DNA of 64,000 nucleotides from NCBI GenBank assembly GCA_023231475.1, contig JALJEE010002922.1, forward strand, positions 1-64,000. Direction: 5' to 3'. The position numbers and the translations under genes were made by a program. Source of the stretch: Seison nebaliae. Its lineage: Eukaryota. Under the pieces are notes generated by a model. That model was given only the letters and a program-made list of their open reading frames with translations, did no database searches and had not been told where the DNA came from. Positions 37,368 through 51,695 of this stretch are shown here, piece after piece (within the stretch, counting starts at the first letter, position 1; every line of letters begins with the position of its first letter).

Positions 37368-39875
37368 ATGAATTATTTTCTTCTTTTAATTCTTTCTTAT
37401 GGATTCCTTCACGTAAATGCTGATTGCGATTATGAAGCATTACCTGGAATACGTTAGTCAATTCATTATGAATGTTCAAACTGAAAAATTTTAAATTAGC
37501 CGTAACTACCGATCAATTACCAAAATTACCTGATCGATTTAGTTCTGTTGTTGAAGTCTCTCAAATGGAACAGAAAACAGTTATCGTAGCGAGCGAAACA
37601 TATGATTACAAATTAAATTATCTTCGAACTGATCTCATGAAAGATGGAACAGTCATTTCCGTTTTATATGATTATTCCAAAGATATTGTAACGATTGCAT
37701 CAGGTGATGCTTGTTCGAAGAAAAAGATTGAAGATTTCAAATTTACTGATCTTATCGGATTCAATAAATTCAATTTAACATCAACTCATGTTTTCAATAC
37801 GAAAAGTATATTTTTCCCCGATACATCCAAACCATGGAAGATGGTTTGAGTCAAATAATTAAATTTCATTTTAATTCTTTCCAACAGTCGGAAATTGATA
37901 ACGTGAAAGGATATTCCAATTGCTTGGTAAGAGATAATGGTAATTATAATGCAAAAATTGAAATATTTTTTGATCGTTAATTTAAATTCTTCCATATTTT
38001 GCTTTTATATTTAATTGAAGCGACTAGTGACGGTTTACGACCGCGATTATCTCGAGTTTCGGGAGCGAATGAACAGACGAAAATTGACGACGTTTATTAT
38101 TTCGTTCAATTTGTTACCGGAATTCATAATGAATTCGGTACATTTCAAGTTGATTAATTTCTTTCGTTCTCTAAAATTCTTTATTCAAAAAATTTTCAAA
38201 TTAAGTACAACGGAAAATTTTGTGACAAAGCAGCAAAAGGAAAAGCGTTGCCTAATATCGATTATAAGTATTTCAGTGTAATGTTCGAACAAAAGATCGA
38301 TAGTCTCTTAACATTTCGACCGATTAAAGTTTTTAGTTTCCTTTTCAACATTTCTCATCTTCTCATTAGCAATATTACGATTATAATCAACAATTATTCC
38401 GTCTCGATGAAAGCGAATCCGTTGTTGCAGCTCCAACAATCAATGTCCATGATTTACGATTAGGTTAACATTACATATGTAAAATACATCCAATCTATCC
38501 AATAGGTGTCCAATATGAATACAATACGACCTATGGCAGTTGTCGGATACGAACTTTAGACCAAAATGTAGCCACTCCTGATTTTACAGTAGATAATGGA
38601 CAAATAAAAATGAAAGATCCAAAAACATTCTTCTTCTTAAAAAAAGGAGATTTCTATTACGAAGGAGAAGTTTGTAAAAATTTTTGGAAAACTATAAAAA
38701 AACTCACTTCTAAAGGCCATTGTTAGGGACACTTTGGTTGATGTTTGGATTGGAAAATACGACGAAGATGATACCAATACTTTATTTTGGGAATGGTTCT
38801 TCACTCCACCAAATACTGTGGCTGATCTCACCGAAGTTTTGCCGGCAATTCCCTTGAGAGCAAAAGTGACGAAAATCCGGAAATTCCCTAACCAATTCGG
38901 TGAAATGGATTACGTTGAATTTCTTATAAAATTTTTTTTTTTTAAAAACTTTTCATTTCAGGCTTCAACGACAGTTGAATATAATATTCATTCGATGATT
39001 CTACAGGAACCTGATATATCGGTTTTTGATGTTGGTCGATGTTATTCACCATCAATGAAACGTCATTTCATGGTATCTCTTCCCAGTTTGTTTCTATTCG
39101 TCTTTTTCGTTCTAATTATTTTTTCTTAGTTGATTATAAGGAAGCTATTTTACTTAAAAAAGAATTCTTCGTATACGAATGTCGAATTGCAATTCAAGCC
39201 GCATCTAATCTCACATCTCTTAGAGTTTCCAATATCGAAGTTCGTTTCTTTTCCTGTTTGAAATTTCTTTCACTTCTTATTCTAGTTGGATTACACGACT
39301 ACCGATATCATTGTAATATTTACATTACTCGAACGACTAGACATTGGTGAAACGACGAGTTCAATTTATTGAATCAAATTTTAATAATTCTGATTAATTA
39401 ATTTGAATTATTTTAGATATCGTCGTTTATCCGAGGTTGAATGAAGCAATTCGGTCGTTAAAGGCAAGTGTGAAATCCAGTAAATTTATAGTTCCAATAG
39501 TAACGGACTTGAAAACGGAGAAAGTTATTTGAATTTTCAGAATCAGAATAATTGATTTTTTTAGACAAAATTTATTGTGGCCCGTTCGAATAGTTTAGAA
39601 GAGATTAGTCGTCTACCGAACAGTTATCGTTCGAAGGACAAACCTCACAAAAATAGTTTTATAAATTCTTATTATTTTACCATATATAATTGTTTGCAGG
39701 TAAAGTGGGTGGAGTTGCGGCCGGAATGTTAATTCTCGGCTTACTCTTGGGTATTGTTGTAGCTTTTCTTGTTGTAAAATTCGATTTTGTTCCTAGTCGT
39801 CGAGTACCGCAAACAAGTGGTTTCCGAACATCGATTGTACTTGATCCGAACTCAAACGATTATTCATTAAATTGA
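37368..39875 (+). CDS. Type I membrane protein with two ependymin-related/LolA-like domains, copy 2 (tandem paralog)
   Basis: Signal peptide MNYFLLLILSYGFLHVNA; PKLPDRFSSVVE..ETYDY..VLYDY..GDAC; ECRIAIQAASNLTSLRVSNIE versus copy 1 ECRIALQRATNLTSLRISNIE; TM GGVAAGMLILGLLLGIVVAFLVV. Confidence 0.7.
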
Positions 39876-39914
39876 TAGTTTTAATAAGTTTTTTATTGTG
39901 AAATAAAGATAAAT

Positions 39915-40490
39915 TTAAAGTTCTGTCACCGTTTTACCAGTTCCAACAAATCGAGTTTGTTGGAGGAGATGATGTGTTTGATTGACGCCATGTAAGATTA
40001 ATAAAGGATTTCTTTCGTATAATTGATCTTTCATGTAATGAGGAATAAAACTGGAAGTTTGGACATTTTCTGTTTCGGATTGAGAATGCACTAATAAGGA
40101 TTTGGCGAATGCGGCAGCTGCAATAATTTCTGCATCGTTCAAAGTTCGATATCCACCAGCCAATTTCATGATTTTTCTATAGTCATCCAAATTGTATTGT
40201 ACACCGTTTCCACGTAATCGCGACTTATTAGCAGCATCTAAAATTGCTTCTTGATCTTCTTCCATATCGCAACATAGATAAAATCGTTCACGTATCAATC
40301 CTTTCACTAATTCTTTCCAATATGCTTGAACAATGAGAATAGAGAAAGAATGAAAGAAGAAAAATTAACGATATCCGGTAATAAGTATACCTCCGAAAAC
40401 GACGAAAAGTATGAATGATAATTGAATATAATCTTTATAAGATTCGTCATGAATTGGGAAATTCACTTTTGGTTTATTCGGATAAGACAT
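39915..40490 (-). CDS. Uncharacterised small protein with an N-terminal TM segment; 2 exons
   Basis: MSYPNKP..YIQLSFILFVVFGGILITGY; intron 40325-40369 (GTT..AAG) joins in frame to PYWKELVKGLIRERFYLCC. Confidence 0.55.
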
Positions 40491-41804
40491 CGATTGTACT
40501 TCGAAGATTTGTGTTAATTGAAGGCTCTTTTTTAGGAAATTAGTACTGAGGAACAATCTTTTAGTTTGGTCATGCACAACCGTATATATTTTCCCCTTAC
40601 TCCGCTTTCACATATTAGATTATGATTCAATGTTTATATATTGGAACGTAGTTCTAAAAGGGATATATCTGTAGCTGAGAAAGTGGTGCAAGGAATGTGT
40701 TGTATTATCAATGAAATGATGAAGTAATGAAACTGGTAAATAGAAACGAGTCAGTAAATAGAAAAATAAATATGAATTGGAGACATAATTATGAAGTGAT
40801 TGTCCGGTTGATTCATTCGATATTTCCTTTTCTTTCCAAATACGACAAAATAACGATTAAGTCAATTAGACGGGGGAAATATTTGACCTTGGAACTTAAA
40901 GAAACTGACGAGAAAGCGTCAATGATAATGCATATTTTTTCATGATTCCCTTCCAAAACTATATTCACTTACATCATCATCGTCGTCGTCGTCTATGCAG
41001 TTATCGACTAAGAAAGCGATTAGTAAACGAATTCTTTTGGGAATTCATAGCCAGAAGTAATATGACGGAGTCAAATAAATTGGAATATAACTCATTATCA
41101 TCCACCATTGAGAGATATAGAAATCTCCTTTCAGTCTACTGGGCGATGACTTGTGAGGAAATGTTGAGAAATGGGAAATTTTCTCCCATTCATTTCGAAT
41201 ATGTCGAAAACAGAGTCGGATCGGAATTATTCGATTTTTATTCCATTTCCATTCGATTGGTAATTATTAATTTGAACTTTAAATCATTCTCAAAAGAGAA
41301 AGGAGAGAATACGTGACATAATTATAATGGACTTTATGGAATTAGTAGGAAACAAATTGAAAAGCAATCCTCATTGATGGAATTAGAAAGACTTATAAAT
41401 AATCAATTATAACGAATCAGGAGAAGAGGAATGTGTTCGCCTTCTCCGTCTTCTCTTCAAAATGATATTTTTTCATCGTCTTCATTTTTAATTTATGCAT
41501 AATCTATAATGATAGTTAAACTGATATAAGATCATGGAAAATTTTACATTATAATAATTGCAACGACACTACCTTTTGCAGCCGAAAGAAAAAATATTTT
41601 TACTTTTTCATTAAATAAAATGAAAGTTCAATGAGTATGAAGAAATGGGGAAAACTAATTAAAAGGCAACTCGAATATTAGATGGGAGTAGTTTATGATT
41701 CTAATAATTTTCGCTACTTGGAAATTAATGAAAAAAAAACAACATGATAAATATTTCTTTATTTTCAACATATTTTTTTCTTATGATAAATAAAAACAAA
41801 AAAT

Positions 41805-42826
41805 TTATATTTTCACATTTCGACAATCATCCGATTTCGTTGATCTGACTACTGTCGCTGTTGATGATGATGATGGTGTTTGTAATTCAATATTATCTCG
41901 CCGAGTCCTACTTTTGTGTCGTCGATAGGAAGTTTGTCGCGAACTAACTGATCGAGCATCGGCATTCTTTCCTAATGGATGAGTGGTTAATGGAGACGCT
42001 GATTTCGCTGATGCGATTGATTGAGTAGTTGATTGAGTATTATCAGTTTGTTTTGAACGAACTTTCTTTGGTCGATATATCGAGCCGGTCAACTTAAGAA
42101 CCGGTACATTGGCAACAGGTAATGTTGGCATCATTTTAGATTCGGGTGAAGTAGCGAGAATATGTTCGGACGATGAACGATCCTGACTTATCATACTTCG
42201 TGCGCTCGACGATTTTTTTATGGTTTGTTGTTGCATAGTTGACAGCGAAGATTTTTTCTCACCCATCTCAATTGTGGGATATGGTGGTCCTAAATTATTC
42301 GATATCTGATCTTCTTTCGGTTCGCCGATTAATAGAATGTTTTTAGGTAAATTGATAGTGGGACAAACTGGCGCTTTTAGCAACATCGCTCCTGTTGGAT
42401 ATGGTAAATGTTCAATCGATCTCGTTGAATTTTTCAATTCAGCTTCACTCGGATTAATTAATGTCGTCAGATAACCATTATCTGTTTCATCTAAAAATAA
42501 TTTAAAAATAAAAATAAATGAGGCTATTTTAAGATTTAGATAGAATAAAATTAACTTATTATTCTTTTTTTTCGACGTTGTCGTCCGAAAACACAACCGC
42601 AAATTGCTACAGATGCAACTAGAATTAATATGACTGCTCCGATCGTGACGACAGTTATGAGAATTTGTAAACGCATCGAATCTGATCGCACATCACCAGG
42701 TAATGTGGCGGAAATGTTGATTGTCGAATGTGAAGAGGAGAGTGACGCTTGTATGATGCTCGACTTCTTCCTACTATTTCCATTGAAAGTAGGAGTCGAA
42801 TGAAAGTTGAATGATGGTGTTGACAT
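41805..42826 (-). CDS. Uncharacterised single-pass membrane protein with an S/T-rich cytoplasmic tail; 2 exons
   Basis: TM LQILITVVTIGAVILILVASVAICGCVF then RQRRKKR; a GTT..TAG intron joins to NETDNGYL. Confidence 0.65.
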
Positions 42827-44005
42827 AATTTCTCGTTTTTTGGAAAATTGTCAGTAATCTCCCAAAATATTCCTCATTTATTTACAAATTTGTACTGATT
42901 AAGAATGAGATAAACTTGTTTTCTGCTTTAAAGAAATTGAAGGAAATTCTGAGAAATAACTTAATAAATTATTAATCGAATATAAACAAAAAAAATAAGA
43001 ATTATTGATATATCGTTCGAGGGAATACGTATTATGACATATCCATTCGTTTAAGAATTGTTCCTTCTCCAGAACAATTTGAACTGATATCAAGTTTGAT
43101 TTATCTATTTCCATCAAATTATTCGGAAATGCATTCAGGTAAAGCGAACAAAAATGTTTCTTTTCATATAAAAAATTTGTTAGAAAAAGTTTCATAAATT
43201 CAATTAAGTTCTATGAGGAAATTTTCGAACATCTTAATAATATTTCCGTGTAATATTTATCTATTTACGTAAAAATTACTCGATTGTCTTTTGAGTTTTA
43301 TTTTGGAACATTTGTTTAAAAAAAGTGAACGAAACTGAAAACGGAATTAATAGTAAAGGAAAAGTTCCATATCAGATTCATGGAAATTACAATTTGAGAT
43401 ATAATTTATATAAATAAATATGAACATAAGAAAATATTATTAGGAGTTATATAAATTCAGTGAGATGATAATGGGATACGATAAAGATATATTTAGCTGA
43501 TAGACGAATATATGGTGATGGAGAAAATAATGATTTATTAGAAATGATAATTCGCTTGTTTTTCTGCACATATACATATGCACGAATACTAGTTTGAGTG
43601 GTATGGAGTGAAAGTGTTGTATATATGAAGTTAAAGGGGATAAATTTGAATTAGAAATAACTCCATATAACACATTGATGTTATTGGAATTGATAATAGA
43701 TGACGATTATTAGATGAGTAATAAGTCAATTGCTGAGTTAGCGAATACGGTTAATAGATTTATGAATGCTACATAATAATTCCGTCATCATCGCTATCGT
43801 CATTATTAAATGTCGGAAAAATAATATTTGCTCTAATCGATGGAGGGAGAGAATGAAATGGATTCTTTAAACGAATTATTTTAATGAGATAGATGAGGCT
43901 TGTGTCGTTAGAGGAAAGTGCAGGAGGAAATGGAAAGAGGATGGGAGAAAAGTTGGTTGTTATGTGTCGAAATGTGAGAAAGTATAGTGGATTGTTTATT
44001 AAAGA

Positions 44006-47000
44006 TTAAAATGAGAAATATCTGAGAAACCATATAAATGCAGTTCGTTGGAATTTATTATCATTAGGTTGATGCGAGAGAATTCTATTCGCCCGTCGTA
44101 ATAGATGACGATGGAGCAGTTGCAATATAAGGAGAATGAGACATGTATAAATCGAAAGGAATAATGACAAGGCTGATAAATTCGGATGATGGCTATATGA
44201 ATCGAGTAAGCGGCCGTTGAAGATGAGGAATATTGTGAGAATGAAAAAGATGAAGCCAACGATGAAGATCTGCTTGACCGTTGCCGAATTGAATATGTTT
44301 TCATATGGATAACGCGATTGCTTCAGTATCACGAGGAAAGTATGTACGATCATAAATGTAACCATATAATTATTTTGACAATTATCAATAATTATCATAC
44401 GTTGAACGTAAGTCTATTGGAACAACAATTCGATTAATCATTAATACGAACACAATAATAGACCGATAATAAACGATACTATTCTTTAAAGAATTATCTA
44501 ATATCCAATTAATTGCTAATCGTATAACATTATCCTCCTCCTCCTTCTCCTCCCAATCAGATTTGTTCGCTCAGAAAAAAAAACAACTAACGATTTCTTC
44601 CCCCGATTTCGGCAAACGGAAGTCATTAATGTGCGGTTCGTAGAATTGACGTGCATCCACTGTCAACGTATTAGCAATACCAGTCAATAGGAAGAATGAG
44701 AGGTAGTAGGCGAATAAGCATGAAAATACTTCTAAACTCCCGTAAAGGAAGATGGCAGAAATGAGATTCCTGAATAAAATTATGTTTTTGACGGAAAAAT
44801 AGAAGATGGTGTAATAACGCTCGTTGAATGTAGGAGAATGTGGAAATGTTGCCAATACTACGATCGAAATACGGAAAATAGAATTGATCGATAATATTCG
44901 TATTTAGTTCATTCTCGCCCTCTTTCACATTATCTATCACCTCATGAATTTTCTTCGAATTATCTGAAGAATATTGCGCCGTGTTCAGGTCGCCGTCACA
45001 ATCGAAATAGCAGAGCGGAAGACAAATGACACTGTAGATGAAGAGTAGAATATGTTGGGTGACATTGAGTAGAACGTGACGGAATAGTATGAAAAAGATA
45101 AATGGAGTAAACGAGACAGAAACGAGACTGGTGGAAATGACTCCTATAAATTTCTGCCAATTATTCGTACAATGATTAACTTCCAATTTAATAAGATTAG
45201 ATCTAGACATTTATATAATTAACGAGAATATAACCATATTCAATTAGATTAGGTATGCGACAAATTGAATTTTTGCCTAGAAGTATTCCATCATGCATGA
45301 TTATCAACGGATGATAACTTTCATTGATCGTATCCAGATAATTCGGTTCTTCCGTAACGCAGAAATCTTAACGAAAATCACAATTTACCTTTCATTTCTT
45401 CCAACTAACTTAAATTGCAAAATGGCATTAAAATCGTATCAACCTCATCATTCGTTATATTGATTATACGATATTTATATTTACGGAAAACTAAAAAAAA
45501 CAAAAACAAATTATTAAATCCATCCTATAATTCCGTGAGTGGATGTGAAAGATTTGGGGGAGGGGAAAATAAAGGTTAAATTCTTCCAGTTCTTCTTCTA
45601 TGGAAGAAATGTAATTTGTTAAGAAGTGCCACACATGCCAATTTCCTACGGGCACTATTACTGGAATATTTATGTATATCATTCTTTTGGTGATGATATT
45701 GAATGGAAGTGAAACTAATTCTTTTCCCAATTTAGGTACGTTGATGGTAAGATGTCAATAATTTTCTGTTGAATGCATAATTGTCATACTTATGGAAAAC
45801 ATCACTCTCGCAATGATATGTTTTGCAAGGAGGAATGTCACATATTCGTCGTTATGTCTAATTGATAACGATTCATTAAGAAAACACTCATATTCATTCA
45901 TTCATGGAAAGAAATGGTAGAAATTGGATATCATATTATTCTCAATAAAAATATTTAGTCCCTCAAGGACTCAAGGTACATCATTAGAGATAAAAGAAGA
46001 TATTGGGAGGAGGATATTGTGGAAGGAAGATATGATGGAGAATCGATACGTAACAACAGACGAGATGTAATTTCTCCATCGTCGTAAAATCGGTAAAGAC
46101 AAGTAAGTGTTGTGCATGACAGAGATAATGTAGAAGTAATGATTTGTCCATTGAACGGAATTCATCATAAGTGATAATTTTCATTCTAAAAAAAATAGAA
46201 ATTATGTGATTTATTCAAGCACTTCTTCCCCATACTGAATACGGACATTAAATTTGGAATTCGTGCTACCAAATTAATCATTGGTGTGGATACAGCCCAT
46301 TTGATTTCACTTGTCAGAATCATTAACTTGAGACGAGGAGAAAGAATTAGATTGGGAATAGTATTAACAAAATTTTACTTTCGTCCTCGTCTTCTTCACT
46401 GTATCGAAGAATGACTTAATGATTTGCACAGTGCTATTGTCGTCATAATTATCGGCGTAACTCACAACGCCAAGAAAGGAGAAAGAGAATTTTCGTATTT
46501 CTCTCGAAATGGACAATTTGGCATTATGGAAACTAATTGGTTTAGCATAACATATTGCATATCCTGATTAGATTAAATGATGAGATGTTAATAAACTCAA
46601 ATTGTTAACCAGCGAAAATGTTGGCGAAGCCGGACGGTTTCAAATATTCCAATAACGTCTGAATGAATGGCAATGAATCAAAATATTTAAAATTATCATT
46701 CTCACTCATTTCATCACTACCATTAGTGATAATATCGGTATTATAATTATTATTCTTATTCGTCTTCTGTGATGGATTGTGAGTTTCATTTGAGGATAAT
46801 AAATGGAAATCTCGATAATCGATCAATGATTTTGTATCACTAATGAAAGAGATGATGGATGTAGGATCACCTTTAAGAGCATAAATATCCATATCATCTT
46901 TTCGGTTTCCGTCGATCATTTTCCGATAGACATTTAACTACCAAAAATGATTCGAGTGTGAAATGGGAAGTATGGGAAATAAACCTTTATGTCTACCGTC

Positions 47001-50000
47001 TCCCAATAAATGACACCCGAATAAGTTTTCATATGATTCTTAATAATCGGTTCGATATCGATCTGTACCGTTTTCTTACCAGAATTCAATGTTTCTAATT
47101 TGAAAATTAAATTTTTTGTATTTTCACTATTTAATTATTAATTTATAATTATTTATAGTAATTTCAATAATTATTTTAACTTCTCTAATTTGTTGATGAG
47201 GAATTGATTAATCTCATAATTCAGTAAGAGACTTTGATTTAAATTGTCAATCATTTTCCTGATACCGAAACAAGTAATCGTTTCATTACTAGTTTCGAAG
47301 AGAATTAGGGAGTATTATGATATTAGGAAAAAACGAAAATGAACCACATGAGATAATCATCCTGGGGAATGATATCTAGAATGAGAATGAATAACATATT
47401 CTGCATTTGATCTACAAATGAATGAGACATTATAAATTTGATGAATATTTACTGAACCGAAATCATGAAGAAATCCAATAGCATAATTTTGCAAGGGTAC
47501 TTCCCATTTATCAAAATAATAAGTATTGAATGAATTAGTGAACCATGGAATATCATGCACTTCCACTTGCGTTCCATCCTCTTCTTTCCTTATCGTTATG
47601 GCAGTATTATCTGAATTATTATTCACCGGTAACAACATCGATGATAAATGCAATGCTCTCGATGTAAAGATACCACTATATTCGACAATGGCCAAATTGT
47701 CGATAAATGTGCCTAAAGTTTCTTGGAGCGGAACTTCTTCTGGTTTCACTTTTTTCTTAACGACAGTTAAACCGTTTATCAATCCGTCATAATCTAGCGG
47801 TATTCCACTTCTCGGTGTAACGATGTGAATGGTTTTAGATGTAGTTGATCGTCGTCTTTTATGCCATTCTTTTGGACGAGGCGATTTGTAATCCCGATAT
47901 TTGTGCAATAATATAGATGATCGAATCTTTAATGAACTTGGCGACGTCCGATTATTTTGATTTTTATTCCGATGAAAAATTGCTGATGATTTTCGTGATT
48001 TCGATGTTGTAAAATTTAAAGACAAATGAGACATTGCTGGTGTACTTTTTGTTCTTCGTGGTATCCAATCCTTCTCCGTTTGTGTAGCTTGAGTGAGATA
48101 TCCTTTTAATTTAGTAAATTGAGATTCGGATGAATCTTTTATTAATATATCGATTTCTTCATCATTATCTTTCTGTACATCAACAATTGAGGGATCATCG
48201 GTTAACCATTGATTATATTTCTCATAATCTAAATTCTGTAACATAGTCCGATAATATGATTCGATTTCTTCAACAGGTGAGACGATTTCTGGGGCAGGAA
48301 TTGACGATGTGGTCGATGCTCGATTCTTAACATTCAATCCATACTTTAGAATGAATCGTTTGTAAATTTTTGTGATATCGATCGTCGATGTTAGTGCATC
48401 GATAACATAAACGAAATTATTGATGATTATTGATCCTCGTACAGGATTATAATGGACAGGCTTGAACATTCGTCGAAGACTTTTAAAAAAATTTCCGTTT
48501 AACGACTTACCAATGTTCGGTTCCTTGATAGCATCTTCTCCGATTGAATCGATTTTTTTTATTTTAACATTTTCATCAATTCGAACTTTCTTATCATCTC
48601 TTCGCAATACCGGCATACTATAAGATGGAAATGTTTCCGTTGTTTTAATCGCCAATCTCTTCGCTATCATATAACACATCATCTTAATTAATAAATTAAT
48701 GACAATAATAGAATCGTACTTGAAAATTAATCGGATAACTTTATAAAATAATGTGGTGGTTAATGAAAACGGATATAAAACGGTAAATGCCATTGCCACA
48801 TAATAAAGAACGTCATCATCTCGATTGGTATGGACATCGAATAGTGCAATGAAACAAATGAGAACGAACAAGAAGAATTTGATGGTGACGAAAGTTACTT
48901 TCCAATTTTGCATAGAAATTATCCGGAGTGAATGGACATTAGATATCCAAGTGGCGTAATTACTTCGATCGAATATTTTTTCGTTATTCGGATTAGCTTT
49001 CCCATATGATTTTTTCGAACTAGCACGATCAATTAAATATTCCACCGTTTCTATTAGATGATCATCATTAAATTTATGTAATCTCCCAAACAGTTCTTTA
49101 TAGAATTTTACGGATAAAGTAGCCGCTAATGAATGCTCTTTTGGTTTTATTACGACACCTTCGCAACTTCCCTGAAGTATTTTTGAATTTCGAAATAAAA
49201 TATATTTGGATTCGAGTAATGATACAGGTGAACCGGAAACTGCTTCTATTTGTTCTCCCGTTGGTATGATTCTTCTTTCAATTGTTCCATATTCAACGAA
49301 TTTCAATTGTCCGATTAACGACGAAATATCGACGAGTAGATCTTTTGATTTTATTACGAAAATATCCGTTGGCACCATTTCACCCGTTGTCAAATGTATC
49401 GTATCATCCGAACCGATAGATGAAGCCAAAAGTAATTTATGTTCAGAGAATCGAGTAATTTTAAAGAAATGATGTTTGAAATATTTTCTACCGTCTTTTA
49501 ATCGAAATAAACGTTTTGATATCATATTTTCCATAGCTAATACGGACACTAAAGCTACCCACATAATAACCGAAACATAAATCTGAAATCATAATAAATA
49601 GAATTTATTATTGAATAAATAAAACTATTTCTAACTATAGGAGGATGAAGTGAAATGATGGACAAGAGAAACATGATAAATGTGACGATTGATGAATGAA
49701 TATAATTATATTGATATATCGTAGTCAAAGTATTCCAGCTTCCATATGTATTCCTGTTCAATTCAATCGGTAACGATGTATTCAAATGATGTAAATGTGC
49801 TCTCTTCTTCATAACACCAGGAAGCATCCAAACATTTCCCTTTCTTGGCTGAGATTTACGCCAAATCGGTTTCACATTCTTTGTTATAATATGGCCAACA
49901 TTCTTTACACTAAACCGGAAACTATTCCGTATATATCGTTTATCTTTCGTCGTCGAATGAGCCATTGGTTGTAATAGAGATTCATAATAATTCGAATCAT

Positions 50001-51542
50001 GTTTCGGGATTAAATTGTTGATTGTCATTAATAAAATGTTGATTTGAATAACATTGTGTTCAAATGGAAATGGTGATAATTTTGTCATTCCTTCGATCAA
50101 ACCCATTTGCCAACTGAAATCGGTTTGGGCACGTCCTTCCTCCTCCATGAAAATTGCAGCGTTTTTCGCCGATTTTCTTAAATTGAAAAAAAATCGGGCG
50201 CGATTTGTGGCAAAAACTCGGACTGATGAGATACTCTTATTTATCGAAGTTCGTTTCGCTCGATTTCTTTCTAATTCATAAAGTAAATTCTCCTGATCTC
50301 TTATAAACAAATACATTAGTTGCATCGTTCGATGTAGGACTTCGTTGGACGATCTTAATCGGAGAAATTCATGAAAATCTATTTCTGGCAATGGTCGTCG
50401 TTCGGAATTCGGTGTTATCGGATAAAAATCTTTCTAAAATTTTTATATCAAGATTAAAATAATTTTCAAAATACTGGTAATCAAACGGACATTAGAGAAG
50501 ATCGTTCTTTAATTTCCGCCACTCTATCTAACGGCTGAAAAATTACAATAAAAATTACATTAAGTTTAGAGCAGTTCCAACATAATGTTTCGATTTCATA
50601 AATAGAAAATTGAAAGTCTTTTTCCACATATCATTTTCGACAGTCCAATAACTCTGAAAATAAAATAGTTTAACAAAATCACAATTCTTTCTGAAACTTC
50701 CGTGGGATATTTACTTGTTTTCTTTCTTTCGTTCCACTTTCTATTATTTAACTAAACATATTTTAAATTTTAAATATCCCTAAAATGGAAAATTGAGAAC
50801 TTCATTCACATGAACCAATGACAATGGTTCTTTTTTGATGAGTGGATATCTCACGATGACATCACCGATATTATTCAGACTCCTAATCTTTCTCAAAATT
50901 GGTGTTTCCTTAAATTTCTTTAAGGAGAAATCATCGATCGTCGCTTCATATCTCAAATGATTTCTATTGTAAAGTGGAATGACATCGAGCGGTTTCACTA
51001 TATACTGAAATTCCGTTCCACCATCACGCATGATTTGTGGAGAGATTTCAGGGGAAACCGGCACCGCATACTGTAAAAAAATGTTGAATTTTTTATGAAT
51101 AGTTAAATCAACTTCAATATTATCAATTTGTTCATATTTAATCGCTGCATGATTCAATCGTTTATATTCTTGTACTCGAATAGCTAATTCCAAATCGCGT
51201 TCTGCTCTCAACTTATCAACAGTTTTCTGCTGCTCCTCATTCAACTTCTTATGAAATGACACTATCTTCTTAATAATCGTAAACTCATTCTTTTATATGA
51301 GAATAATTAATAAATTTTTAAAATCTTCTAACGTCCACTTCTAAATGATATTCATATAAATAGATTTCACTTTCCGAACTCTCACTATATATTTCGGATG
51401 AAGTAATTTCACTACTCGATATTTTTTTTCCAGCTGCCAAATATTCGTCACTTTCATCTGATATACTTCCTTTATTCTCCTGCACTTCCAGCACCTCTTC
51501 TTCCTTCACTTCCAACTCTTCCTTCACACTTTTTTCAGACAT
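44006..51542 (-). CDS. Highly divergent P-type ATPase-like protein (Na+/K+-ATPase alpha-like architecture), probably catalytically dead; many exons, 3' exons not fully resolved
   Basis: Actuator TGEMVPTDIFVI..VDISSLIGQ..SLLESKYILFRNSKILQGSCEGVVI; TM4-like VLYPFSLTTTL..IAKRLAIK; QETLG..IVEYSGIFTS at the DKTGT position; KLMILTSE at the TGD position; multi-TM C-terminus. Six GTT introns link the 5' ORFs in frame. Confidence 0.7.
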
Positions 51543-51695
51543 TATGAATCGTGCGCAAAAAAGAATCAATCAAAATTTTATTTTGTTCAAAACTATTCCT
51601 CCTTCAAATTGAATTGTTTGTCTTTCGTTCAATATATTGGAAGAAATTATAAAACAAATATTTTCAATTTTAAAAATCATTTTTCCCATCACTCT

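Noticed and set aside
40727..41316. Overlapping + strand ORFs 40727..40945 and 40942..41316
   Set aside because: No recognisable motif or consistent splice model; likely non-coding
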